The notes: generated by a model not told the origin, from the sequence alone. A DNA stretch of 29,326 nt from an uncultured Clostridia bacterium (GCA_947177495.1 CAMWUS010000001.1:1-29326); one strand, 5' to 3'. Positions 1 through 7,542 are shown, counted from the stretch's first letter. Made by a program: numbers and translations.

Positions 1-108
1 GGTCCTTGTCGGGGTCCTTGTCGGGGTCCTTGTCGGGGTCCTTGTCGGGGTCCTTGTCGGGGTCCTTATCGGAATCCTTGTCAGGATCTTTGTCGGGGTC
101 CTTGTCGC
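1..108 (-). repeat. 12-bp tandem repeat (GGTCCTTGTCGG on +), at least 9 units, encoding Asp-Lys-Asp-Pro
   Basis: Five identical units at 1-60, then four degenerate units at 61-108; the array continues off the window. Confidence 0.95.
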
Positions 109-241
109 CCGGCTGGGTGACAGTAGGCGTATCTTTCGGGGTATCGTTATTGGACGGTGTAAACAAATCGCAAGCGGCAAAACCGAATGCCATTGCGCAA
201 ACCATGAGCCCCATAAGCAATGCAATCAAAAACTTTTTCAA
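1..241 (-). CDS. Lipoprotein with (DKDP)n repeat linker, 5' part only (runs off the window; absent from the supplied ORF track)
   Basis: Manual translation from TTG at 241 gives MKKFLIALLMGLMVCAMAFGFAAC-DLFTPSNNDTPKDTPTVTQPGDKDPDKDPDKDSDKDP... It has a basic N-terminus, hydrophobic core and lipobox FAAC (Cys24), SD GAGG upstream, and no stop before the window edge. Confidence 0.85.
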   Translation of the reverse strand, partial: MKKFLIALLMGLMVCAMAFGFAACDLFTPSNNDTPKDTPTVTQPGDKDPDKDPDKDSDKDPDKDPDKDPDKDPDKDPDKD

Positions 242-272
242 AGTAGTTTCCTCACTTTTTAAGCGTGTATCA

Positions 273-301
273 ATTATAACATATATTTTATCAAACGGCA
301 A
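273..301 (-). promoter_or_regulatory. Putative sigmaA promoter of the lipoprotein gene
   Basis: Minus strand TTGCCG-N17-TATAAT with an extended -10 TG. Confidence 0.65.
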
Positions 302-391
302 TCCCTTTCAAGAAAAATATCGAGAGGGGAAAAGTTCCTAACGGGATTTTTCGCGTTTGAAAATATTTTTCATAAAAACGCATTGCGGCTA

Positions 392-420
392 TTTACAAAT
401 TTTGCGTTCCGTGTTACAAT
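392..420 (+). promoter_or_regulatory. Putative sigmaA promoter of the esterase gene
   Basis: TTTACA-N17-TACAAT with an extended -10 TG (412-413). Confidence 0.6.
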
Positions 421-459
421 TAAATAGCGGAATTACCGCCTACGATAAGGGAGACGAAT

Positions 460-1884
460 ATGAAAAAAACTTTGGCGACAGCCGTATTGGCGTTGACTGC
501 GGCGGGCATCGTTGCGGCTTCTTCGGGAGCGATTGCGCCTGCACGCGCGGAGGAGCAAAAAACGGCGGATATCTATATCCTCGCGGGGCAAAGCAATGCG
601 GTTGGGTGTTCCAACCTTTCGCAGACGGTGCACGGGCAGAGCGACGCGGCGATGACTTACGAAAGCGCGATTGCGGCGGACGACGCGCGCAACAAGAGCG
701 GATACAATAACGTGCTGTACTACGGCGTTACCAACGTGGATGCCAAAGCGCAGAGCATTCCCTCCGCTTCGCTCGTATCCGTCAAGCTCGGGCAGGGGCA
801 GAACGCGCAGTTTATGGGTCCCGAAGTGGGCATGGCGAAAATCCTCTCCGAAACGCATACCGAGGAGCATCCCGCGGTCATCATCAAATATGCGGCGGGC
901 GGCGTATACCTCGGCGACTACAACGGTGCGTTCGGGGCGCCCTATCTCTTCACCGAGCAGTACGGCAATTGGGCATCGCCCACCATCCTTGCCCGTTGGA
1001 AGGAAGAGGGCAAGAAGATACATAAAAATTCGGGACTCATGTACACCCGCTTTTTGGAGGTGTTAGAGCGCGGGCTCGGCGAGGTGCGCGCGCAGGGCTA
1101 TACTCCCGTTATCAAAGGCTATATTTGGATGCAGGGGGAATCGGACGCTGAGCATAAGGAGCTTTCCGCGGATTACGGGAAGAATTTGCGCGATCTTATC
1201 GGCGATATGCGTAGCGCGGTTGCCGAGCTTACCGAGGACGAGAATGCGCGCCATATGCCGTTTGTCGTCGGCAAAATCACGCCCACCTATAACGGCTATA
1301 CGAAGTGGGTGGAAACGCTGCGTACCAATCAGGAAACGGTCGCCAAAACTGTTCCCTTCGTTTCTACGGTGGAGACGGATGACTTGCCCGTTGTCGATAT
1401 GAAAACGCAAGAAACGCTGGGCAGCGACGTTTGCCATTTCAACGCGGGCGATATGTACACGCTCGGGAAGAGGTTTGCTACTTCCGCGCAAAGGGGCGTT
1501 GCGAAATACGCCTTTACCGTTACTGCGGGCGAGGGCGGAAGCGTGGAAATGTGCAGCGTTCTTTCGGACGGCGCGGAAATCGGGATTATCTTTACGCCCG
1601 AAGAGGGAAAAGTGCTTGCGCGCGTGTTGTGTAACGATAAGGATATCACGAATGATATCAAGCGTACAAAAAACACTTTTAATTGGAAGCCCGTTTCCGT
1701 TTCGGCATTCAACGAAATCGTACTCGAATTCCAAGACAAGGAGCCCGAACCCGACCTCGACCAGTCTAAGCCTATTGAAGAGCCCATAAGAAAAGGGTGC
1801 TCGTCTTCCGTGGGCTTTGGTGTAGTTGCCGCGGGCGGCGTTTTGGCGGCGGTTGCCGTTTGCGCCAAAAAGAAGAAGAAATAA
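460..1884 (+). CDS. Secreted, surface-anchored sialate O-acetylesterase (SASA/DUF303, SGNH-type carbohydrate esterase)
   Basis: Signal peptide ending A-R-A; motifs ILAGQSNA, WMQGESD and DxxH (DVCHF); a short beta-repeat-like domain; Pro/Glu linker; C-terminal hydrophobic segment plus KKKKK; SD GGGAG. Confidence 0.8.
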   Translation: MKKTLATAVLALTAAGIVAASSGAIAPARAEEQKTADIYILAGQSNAVGCSNLSQTVHGQSDAAMTYESAIAADDARNKSGYNNVLYYGVTNVDAKAQSIPSASLVSVKLGQGQNAQFMGPEVGMAKILSETHTEEHPAVIIKYAAGGVYLGDYNGAFGAPYLFTEQYGNWASPTILARWKEEGKKIHKNSGLMYTRFLEVLERGLGEVRAQGYTPVIKGYIWMQGESDAEHKELSADYGKNLRDLIGDMRSAVAELTEDENARHMPFVVGKITPTYNGYTKWVETLRTNQETVAKTVPFVSTVETDDLPVVDMKTQETLGSDVCHFNAGDMYTLGKRFATSAQRGVAKYAFTVTAGEGGSVEMCSVLSDGAEIGIIFTPEEGKVLARVLCNDKDITNDIKRTKNTFNWKPVSVSAFNEIVLEFQDKEPEPDLDQSKPIEEPIRKGCSSSVGFGVVAAGGVLAAVAVCAKKKKK

Positions 1885-1890
1885 AATCCC

Positions 1891-1919
1891 TTGCAAATCG
1901 CGCGGGGGTATGCTATAAT
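1891..1919 (+). promoter_or_regulatory. sigmaA promoter of tilS-hpt
   Basis: TTGCAA(1891-1896)-N17-TATAAT(1914-1919) with an extended -10 TG. Confidence 0.8.
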
Positions 1920-1926
1920 ATTGCCA

Positions 1927-3222
1927 ATGGATTTGGTGGATTTGCAAAGCTATCGCGGAATGCGCGTTTGCGTGGCGGTGTCGGGCGGGGTGGATTCCGT
2001 GACCTTACTGCACCTCTTTCACGCGAACGCGGAAAAGTTGGGGATCACCCTTTCCGCACTTACCTGCGAGCACGGCATCCGCGGAGAGCAATCTCTGCGG
2101 GATTTGCATTTCGTGGAAACGCTCTGCGGGGAATGGAGTATTCCGCTCAGCGTGTTTCGGGCGGATATTCCCGCACGCGCGAAGTTAAGCGGCAGAGGCT
2201 TGGAAGAAGAGGGGCGGGCGTTCCGCTATACCTGTTTCCAAGAGATTTTGAGCGCGGGCAAAGCGGACGCGGTTGCAACCGCACACCATAAAGACGATTA
2301 CGCGGAAACGGTGCTCTTCCGCTTAGCGCGGGGGACTTCGCTAGCGGGGCTTGCGGCAATCCGCGAACGGCAGGGCATTATCCGTCCTTTATTAAAAGTC
2401 ACGCGGGAGCAAATCGAGGCTTACGCCGCGCGGCACGGATTACCGTTCGTCACGGACGAGAGCAACGCGGATACGCGCTATACGCGCAACGCCATTCGGA
2501 ATAACGTACTGCCCGCGTTGGAGCAGGCGGTAAGCGGCGCTTCCGAACACCTCGTGGAGTTTGCGCTTCGCGCGCAGGAGGACGAGGAATATTTGCAGTC
2601 GCTCGCCTTGCAATCGGTCAAGCGCGACGGCGCGGGGTATCGCATTTCGCTCACGCTTCCCCGTCCCGTATTTTCGCGGGCGTGCTTGCACGTTTTGCGC
2701 GAGCTTGGTTGTACGCACGACTACACGGGCGCGAACGTGCGCGAAATAGAAAAGTTGAAAGACTTGCAGAGCGGGCGGGAAGTATGTTTGCCCGGCGGTC
2801 TCAAAGCGGTGCGGGAGGGCGATGCGGCGTACTTCTATTTGCCCGTTTTTGAAGCGCTTGCGCCCATGCCGTTTGAGGCGTGCGAGTTCTCGTTCGGCGG
2901 TGCGGAATACGCCGTGTCGTTTGAAAAAGGCGAAGGGGCGCTCAGGGCGGACTTTCATAAATTCCCGCAAGGCGCTGAGATTCGAACTCGTAGAGAGGGG
3001 GATATGTTTACACCCTTCGCGGGCGGGAAGCAAACCCTCAAAGAATATCTCACCAAGAAAAAAATTCCCGCGCGGGCGGGAAAGCTGATTCCCGTCGTGG
3101 CGCACGGGAGCGAAGTGCTCGCCGTGTTCGGCGTGGAAATTTCCGAACGCGTAAAAATTACGGAAACAACGGAACGGGCAATCTACCTGTTCTCGACAAA
3201 TAAACAAAGGAAGGAGAATTGA
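1927..3222 (+). CDS. tilS: tRNA(Ile)-lysidine synthetase
   Basis: PP-loop VAVSGGVDS, EEEGRAFRY, TAHHKDDYAETVLFRL, DESN, RNAIR; directly upstream of hpt. Start set at ATG 1927 because the ORF-track start at 1891 lies inside the promoter. Confidence 0.95.
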   Translation: MDLVDLQSYRGMRVCVAVSGGVDSVTLLHLFHANAEKLGITLSALTCEHGIRGEQSLRDLHFVETLCGEWSIPLSVFRADIPARAKLSGRGLEEEGRAFRYTCFQEILSAGKADAVATAHHKDDYAETVLFRLARGTSLAGLAAIRERQGIIRPLLKVTREQIEAYAARHGLPFVTDESNADTRYTRNAIRNNVLPALEQAVSGASEHLVEFALRAQEDEEYLQSLALQSVKRDGAGYRISLTLPRPVFSRACLHVLRELGCTHDYTGANVREIEKLKDLQSGREVCLPGGLKAVREGDAAYFYLPVFEALAPMPFEACEFSFGGAEYAVSFEKGEGALRADFHKFPQGAEIRTRREGDMFTPFAGGKQTLKEYLTKKKIPARAGKLIPVVAHGSEVLAVFGVEISERVKITETTERAIYLFSTNKQRKEN

Positions 3223-3223
3223 T

Positions 3224-3781
3224 ATGCAAAGAGAAGTACACCCCGATATCGAGCGCGTTATGTATACCGCCGAGCAAATTCAAGGTAGAGTAAAGATTGC
3301 GGCGGAGTGGTTGGACGAACGCTATAAAAACTGCAAAGAGCCGCCGCTTGCGGTGAGCGTGCTCAAAGGCAGCGTTATGTTTTTCTGCGATTTGTTGCGG
3401 GAAATGAAAACGCCCGTACAGCTCGACTTTATGACGATCAGTTCATACGGCAATTCGTCGGAAAGCTCGGGTATGCCCAGAATCGTGATGGATTTGTCGG
3501 CGCCCTTAGAGGGGAGAGACGTGCTTCTCGTCGAAGATATTATCGACACGGGTTACACCCTTGTAAAGCTGCGCGATTTGTTAAAGGGGCGCGGGGCGAA
3601 GTCGTTTACCGTGGTTGCCTTGCTCGACAAGCCGTCGCGCAGAAAGGTGGACATCAAAGCGGACTATTCCTGCTTTACCATCGAAAACGAATTTATCGTC
3701 GGTTACGGGCTCGACTATGCGCAGCAGTACCGCAACTTGCCCTATATCGGCGTGCTGAAACACAGCGTTTACGAAAAGTAA
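3224..3781 (+). CDS. hpt: Hypoxanthine phosphoribosyltransferase
   Basis: VLKGSVMF, PRPP-binding VLLVEDIIDTGYTL, FIVGYGLDY..YRNLPYIG; SD AAGGAG; conserved tilS-hpt order. Confidence 0.97.
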   Translation: MQREVHPDIERVMYTAEQIQGRVKIAAEWLDERYKNCKEPPLAVSVLKGSVMFFCDLLREMKTPVQLDFMTISSYGNSSESSGMPRIVMDLSAPLEGRDVLLVEDIIDTGYTLVKLRDLLKGRGAKSFTVVALLDKPSRRKVDIKADYSCFTIENEFIVGYGLDYAQQYRNLPYIGVLKHSVYEK

Positions 3782-3793
3782 AAATTGCTTATC

Positions 3794-3820
3794 GCCTACC
3801 CTCGTGGGTAGGCTTTTTTT
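3794..3820 (+). terminator. Rho-independent terminator after hpt
   Basis: GCCTACCC-tcgt-GGGTAGGC followed by T7. Confidence 0.9.
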
Positions 3821-3836
3821 GTTGCAAAATTTTTCC

Positions 3837-3865
3837 GCATAAATTTTTTCCGAATGCGCACATTA
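3837..3865 (+). promoter_or_regulatory. Possible forespore sigmaG-type promoter of sleB-ypeB
   Basis: GCATA-N17-CACATTA resembles the sigmaG consensus (GNATR ... CATANTA); sleB-ypeB is sigmaG-dependent in Bacillus. Confidence 0.5.
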
Positions 3866-3881
3866 CGCATAGGAGGAATTT

Positions 3882-4637
3882 ATGAAAAAGTTTTTGGCAA
3901 TCGGCGCGTTGACGCTTGCGCTCTCCGCGACAGCCGCTGCGGGTATTGCGGTAACGAGCATTTCCCGTACGCAGGACGCAGCCGATACGGCGCTGACTGC
4001 CGTCGTGAATGCCGCCGTTCTCCGTCAGGGAAGCACAGGCAGCGAAGTGAAAGAGGTTCAGCGCAGATTGAAACAATGGGGCTATTACTCGGGCTCGGTA
4101 GACGGAGTCTTCGGCGCGGGTACCAAGAAAGCGGTTATCGCTTTCCAGAAGAAGAACGGTTTGACTGCGGACGGTATCGTTGGCAAATCGACCTATAAGG
4201 CGCTCGGCATGAACGAATCGTATAATGCGCTCAACACCCCGAGCAAAAAACCGTCCTCGTCGTCCTCGTCTTCGTCGAATTATACTTCGTCCGACTTGTA
4301 TATGATGGCGAAAGCGATTTACGCCGAGGGGCGCGGAGAAAGCTACACGGGACAGGTTGCAATCGGCGCGGTTATTATGAACCGCGTGCGCAGCTCGTCG
4401 TTCCCCAACACCATTTCCGGCGTTATCTATCAGAAGGGCGCGTTCACGGCGGTTGCGGACGGACAAATCAACTTGGAGCCCAACCAAACCGCGTACGACG
4501 CGGCGCGCGACGCCATGAACGGCTGGGACCCCACTTACGGGTGCCTGTACTACTATAACCCCGCCGTTGCAACAAGCGCCTGGATTTTCAACCGTCAGAC
4601 GGTGACGGTCATCGGCAAACACGTATTTGCCATTTAA
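3882..4637 (+). CDS. sleB: Spore cortex-lytic enzyme (PG-binding domain plus Hydrolase_2 lytic transglycosylase)
   Basis: Signal peptide; LRQGSTGSEVKEVQRRL...DGVFG..T..AV.AFQ peptidoglycan-binding domain; Ser-rich linker; catalytic IYAEGRGE; YYYNP and IGKHVF; SD AGGAGG; followed by ypeB. Confidence 0.95.
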   Translation: MKKFLAIGALTLALSATAAAGIAVTSISRTQDAADTALTAVVNAAVLRQGSTGSEVKEVQRRLKQWGYYSGSVDGVFGAGTKKAVIAFQKKNGLTADGIVGKSTYKALGMNESYNALNTPSKKPSSSSSSSSNYTSSDLYMMAKAIYAEGRGESYTGQVAIGAVIMNRVRSSSFPNTISGVIYQKGAFTAVADGQINLEPNQTAYDAARDAMNGWDPTYGCLYYYNPAVATSAWIFNRQTVTVIGKHVFAI

Positions 4638-4646
4638 GGAGGAGTT

Positions 4647-6608
4647 ATGGAAAAGAAAATCGGTAAAAACGTATCGAGCGGCGCGAAAAAAGTGGAGCGC
4701 GTAGAAAAAGAACAGGAGCTTCAAGCGCAGGCGGCGGGCACGCCCCCCAAGAAGAAAACCCCTGTAACCAAGAACGCGAAGAAAAGCACTCCTTCTCCCA
4801 AGAAGGAAAAGCGCGTTCAGAAAGCGGTGAAGCAGGAAAAGGCGGCGGCTGAAAAGCGTTTGGATGCCGCAAAGAAGAAGGCGGAGCGCAAAGAGAGAAA
4901 GCTCATGAAGCGCGCCGAAATCAAACAGAAGAAGATCGAGCGCAAAGCGCGTTTGCAGGAGAAGAAGCTCGCGAGAAAAGAGATGATCGCGAAAAAGCGC
5001 GCGGAACGTAAGCAGAGCCGCATCGACAGAAAAGCGGCGCTCAAAGAAAAGCGCATCGAACGGCATGCGGAAAAAATCGCCCGCCGCGAGATGCTGAAAA
5101 ACGAGAGCAAGGCAGAAAAACAAAAGCGCATTGCACGCGAGAAGAAAGATAGGCTCGCGTTGAAGGCAAAGAAGCGCGAATCGCACGATAAGGCGAGAGA
5201 GGAGCGCGCAAAGGCGCGTGAAGCGGCGCGTGTCCGCAAGGCTGAGAACAAAGAGAACAAGCGCGCACATAAGACGGTACGCAAGAGCCGTACGGCAGGG
5301 TTCGGCGGTTGGCTTGCGGCGGTTATCTCGCTCGGCGTTGTTTGCTTGGCGCTTGCCACGGTGGTAACTGCGGGCGGCTTCCGTATGAACGAGATGAACG
5401 TGACCGCGGAAAACGGTTACCGTTCCACTTTGTACGAAATGCTTTCCGTTTCCGAAGATTTGGACAACAACCTTTCCAAGCTTCGCGTTTCCTCGGGCAA
5501 CAACGAACAGCGTAAGCTGCTCACCAACGTGCTTGTAGACAGTGCACTTTTGGAAAGCGCGTTGGAGCGCGTTCCCGTAGATCAGGCGACGAGCACGGAT
5601 ATCTCTTCCTTCGTCAACAAGACGGGCGCTTATGCGCGTACCTTGCTTGGCAAACTTGCGGCAGGTCACACGCTTACTGAAAAGGAGCGCAACACCGTTA
5701 TTTATCTCTACAACGTAAACGACAAACTTTGCCGTGAACTCAACGAACTTGTATTAAACATGGAGCAGGGCGAGTTCCGCGCTTTCCTCAAAGGTACGGA
5801 AGGGACCGTTTCCCAAAAGTTCGGCGAAATGGGACAGACGAGCAAGGAAGAACCCGAAGAGATCGTTGACGCGCCTTTCTCGGGCGAGGGCAACGTAAAA
5901 GAAAATCGCCTTACGAAGTTGGAAGAAGTTACTTCCACGCGTGCGGAAGAATTGCTTCGCGGCTATATGGAAGCATATCACATCAGCGAAATGCAGTACA
6001 CGGGTGAAACGGCTTCCCGCGACATGAATTGCTATAACTTCGTTATGACCGACGACAACGGCGTAGAGCTGTTCGCGCAGGTCACCAAGAACGGCGGCAA
6101 GCTTGCATTCTTCGATTTGTACGAGGCTTGCGAGGATAAGAACTTCACCGTAGAGGGCTGCGACGCATTGGCGCGCGAGTACCTCAAAACGCTCGGCATC
6201 GAGAACGTGGAAGCGGTATGGATGTCCGACGCGGGCATGGTTGCCGATATCACTTACGTGAGCTATGACGACGGCGTGCTTGGCTATCCCGATATGATTA
6301 AGGTACGCGTTTGCGAATCCAAGGGCAGAGTGATCGGTATCGACGCGAAGGGGTATTTGGTCAACTACACGCAGCGCGATTTGAAAGCGGGCATTTCCGA
6401 AGCGCAAGCAAGGGAAAAGCTCAGCGGCGTGGAAACGGAAGAGGGCAGACTTGCACTCATTCCCGTAGACGGCGAAGAGGTACTTGCTTACGAGTACGCT
6501 TGCACCTACGGCGAGGACGAATACGTGATCTATCTCAACGCCCGCACGGGAGAAGAGGAAGAAGTGTTCATCGTTCGCAACGGTTTGCAGGGCAGATATT
6601 TAAGATAA
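4647..6608 (+). CDS. ypeB: Germination protein YpeB with a long basic N-terminal extension
   Basis: Directly after sleB; TM segment GWLAAVISLGVVCLALATVV, then the YpeB N-domain (ENGYRSTLYEML...LSKL) and PepSY-like C-terminal modules (YEYAC..YVIYLNARTGEEE). Confidence 0.85.
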   Translation: MEKKIGKNVSSGAKKVERVEKEQELQAQAAGTPPKKKTPVTKNAKKSTPSPKKEKRVQKAVKQEKAAAEKRLDAAKKKAERKERKLMKRAEIKQKKIERKARLQEKKLARKEMIAKKRAERKQSRIDRKAALKEKRIERHAEKIARREMLKNESKAEKQKRIAREKKDRLALKAKKRESHDKAREERAKAREAARVRKAENKENKRAHKTVRKSRTAGFGGWLAAVISLGVVCLALATVVTAGGFRMNEMNVTAENGYRSTLYEMLSVSEDLDNNLSKLRVSSGNNEQRKLLTNVLVDSALLESALERVPVDQATSTDISSFVNKTGAYARTLLGKLAAGHTLTEKERNTVIYLYNVNDKLCRELNELVLNMEQGEFRAFLKGTEGTVSQKFGEMGQTSKEEPEEIVDAPFSGEGNVKENRLTKLEEVTSTRAEELLRGYMEAYHISEMQYTGETASRDMNCYNFVMTDDNGVELFAQVTKNGGKLAFFDLYEACEDKNFTVEGCDALAREYLKTLGIENVEAVWMSDAGMVADITYVSYDDGVLGYPDMIKVRVCESKGRVIGIDAKGYLVNYTQRDLKAGISEAQAREKLSGVETEEGRLALIPVDGEEVLAYEYACTYGEDEYVIYLNARTGEEEEVFIVRNGLQGRYLR

Positions 6609-6623
6609 ACGATTTAAAAAACA

Positions 6624-6660
6624 AACAAGCGCATTGCGTTACGCAATGCGCTTGTTTTGT
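6624..6660. terminator. Bidirectional intrinsic terminator after ypeB
   Basis: 15-bp stem AACAAGCGCATTGCG / CGCAATGCGCTTGTT with A-rich and T-rich flanks. Confidence 0.85.
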
Positions 6661-6731
6661 ATATAGCTATTATTGGATTGTCATGTTGTTCCGCAGTAGA
6701 CGGCACGAAGTAGCGTAGCGAACTTCCTCAC

Positions 6732-6826
6732 CGTCATTGCGCGGAGCGAAGCGACAAAGCAATCTAGACACGAACGCTTGACAAGAACAATATCGTCTGG
6801 ATTGCTTCACTTCGTTCGCAATGACG
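6732..6826. repeat. CGTC-type REP-like palindromic element (miniature element)
   Basis: Terminal inverted repeat CGTCATTGCG / CGCAATGACG, internal arms AAGCAATCTAGAC / GTCTGGATTGCTT and a GAGCGAAGCGAC core. This matches, from memory, the CGTCATTGCGAG...AAGCAATC / GATTGCTTC...CGCAATGACG repeat class. Confidence 0.75.
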
Positions 6827-6929
6827 AAATGATGCAATAGGGTTGGAATGACCGTCATTTCCGTACTGCGATAATTGCAAACTATATGGTATAGAATTTT
6901 CTATAAAATAACTATTTGGGAATAGTGTA

Positions 6930-6938
6930 TGATATAAT
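6930..6938 (+). promoter_or_regulatory. Extended -10 promoter of the Cys-rich gene pair
   Basis: TGaTATAAT about 40 nt upstream of ATG 6977; SD AAGGAG near 6959; no convincing -35. Confidence 0.55.
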
Positions 6939-6976
6939 GGCGATATTGAATTTTACAAAAGGAGCAGAAGATTTAT

Positions 6977-7261
6977 ATGCAAGACAAATGCAACTTGTTG
7001 TGTTACAGGTGTAAACATTTTCAGAGATATTATACCCAAGGACAGAGCGAATACCAAGCCACAAAAATTGGACGGTGCTGTAAAGGGCACGGCACAGTAA
7101 ACGGAAGCGACGGCTGTGAAGAGTTTGTGTATCGGCAAAGACCAAGGCACATAAGTAACGTTGTAAAATTTCGTTTAAATAATTTATTTACAGAGTTAAC
7201 GATGATACGAAATATCTTGGAGGAAGAGTGGCGTGAAATCAACGGGCAAAAAAACGTGTAA
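6977..7261 (+). CDS. Small Cys-rich hypothetical protein A (putative Cys4 metal-binding)
   Basis: SD AAGGAG, AT-rich codon usage, C9-x2-C12...C34-x12-C47; paralogous to the next ORF. Confidence 0.7.
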   Translation: MQDKCNLLCYRCKHFQRYYTQGQSEYQATKIGRCCKGHGTVNGSDGCEEFVYRQRPRHISNVVKFRLNNLFTELTMIRNILEEEWREINGQKNV

Positions 7262-7475
7262 AGACTGCGACGCGTGCAAAAAAATTTGCCGTTGGCTTGG
7301 GTTGTCGGTTATTCGTGATAAGGAATATTTTTGCACCGAAAAACAACAGTTTACACAAAAGGAAAACAGTTGCGAACGGTGGCAAAAGATGGAAAGGGTG
7401 TATGACCTTTCTCCGCAGCGGTTTGAAAAGATTAAAAACGATTTGGAAATGATTTTTTCTATCCTTTCAATGTAG
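7233..7475 (+). CDS. Small Cys-rich hypothetical protein B (paralogue of A)
   Basis: GTG start with SD GGAGG, overlaps the end of A, same Cys spacing, followed by a terminator. Confidence 0.7.
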   Translation: MKSTGKKTCKDCDACKKICRWLGLSVIRDKEYFCTEKQQFTQKENSCERWQKMERVYDLSPQRFEKIKNDLEMIFSILSM

Positions 7476-7493
7476 TCCGCTTTTTCTGCGCAA

Positions 7494-7530
7494 TAAAAAA
7501 CTCCCCGCGAAATCCGCGGGGAGTTTTGAT
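7494..7530. terminator. Bidirectional terminator between the Cys-rich pair and rpsR
   Basis: AAAACTCCCCGCG-aaatc-CGCGGGGAGTTTT. Confidence 0.9.
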
Positions 7531-7542
7531 TTTTGTTTTTGC

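Noticed and set aside
1-108. Tandem repeat as a possible CRISPR array
   Set aside because: The 12-bp units are contiguous with no spacers, lie in a coding frame, and no cas genes are present.
6-341. 111-aa + strand ORF with (SLSG)n repeats
   Set aside because: It is the antisense reading of the DKDP lipoprotein repeat; the minus frame has an SD, a lipobox and a promoter.
1891-1926. Longer ORF-track starts for tilS (1891), rmuC (13162), DAGK (14467), P-loop (26092), thrC (26652) and XRE (29312)
   Set aside because: These starts overlap promoter elements or neighbouring genes or lack an SD; the downstream ATGs fit the family N-termini better.
3781-3882. Absence of ftsH after tilS-hpt
   Set aside because: It departs from the common Firmicutes order, but such rearrangements are frequent and nothing here suggests a mobile element.
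3789-5669. 626-aa minus-strand ORF
   Set aside because: It is the antisense shadow of sleB and the Lys-rich ypeB region (hence Leu/Phe-rich), has no recognisable domain, and runs across the hpt terminator.
6670-6858. 62-aa minus ORF (…VIANEVKQS…)
   Set aside because: It is simply a translation of the palindromic element and has no convincing SD.
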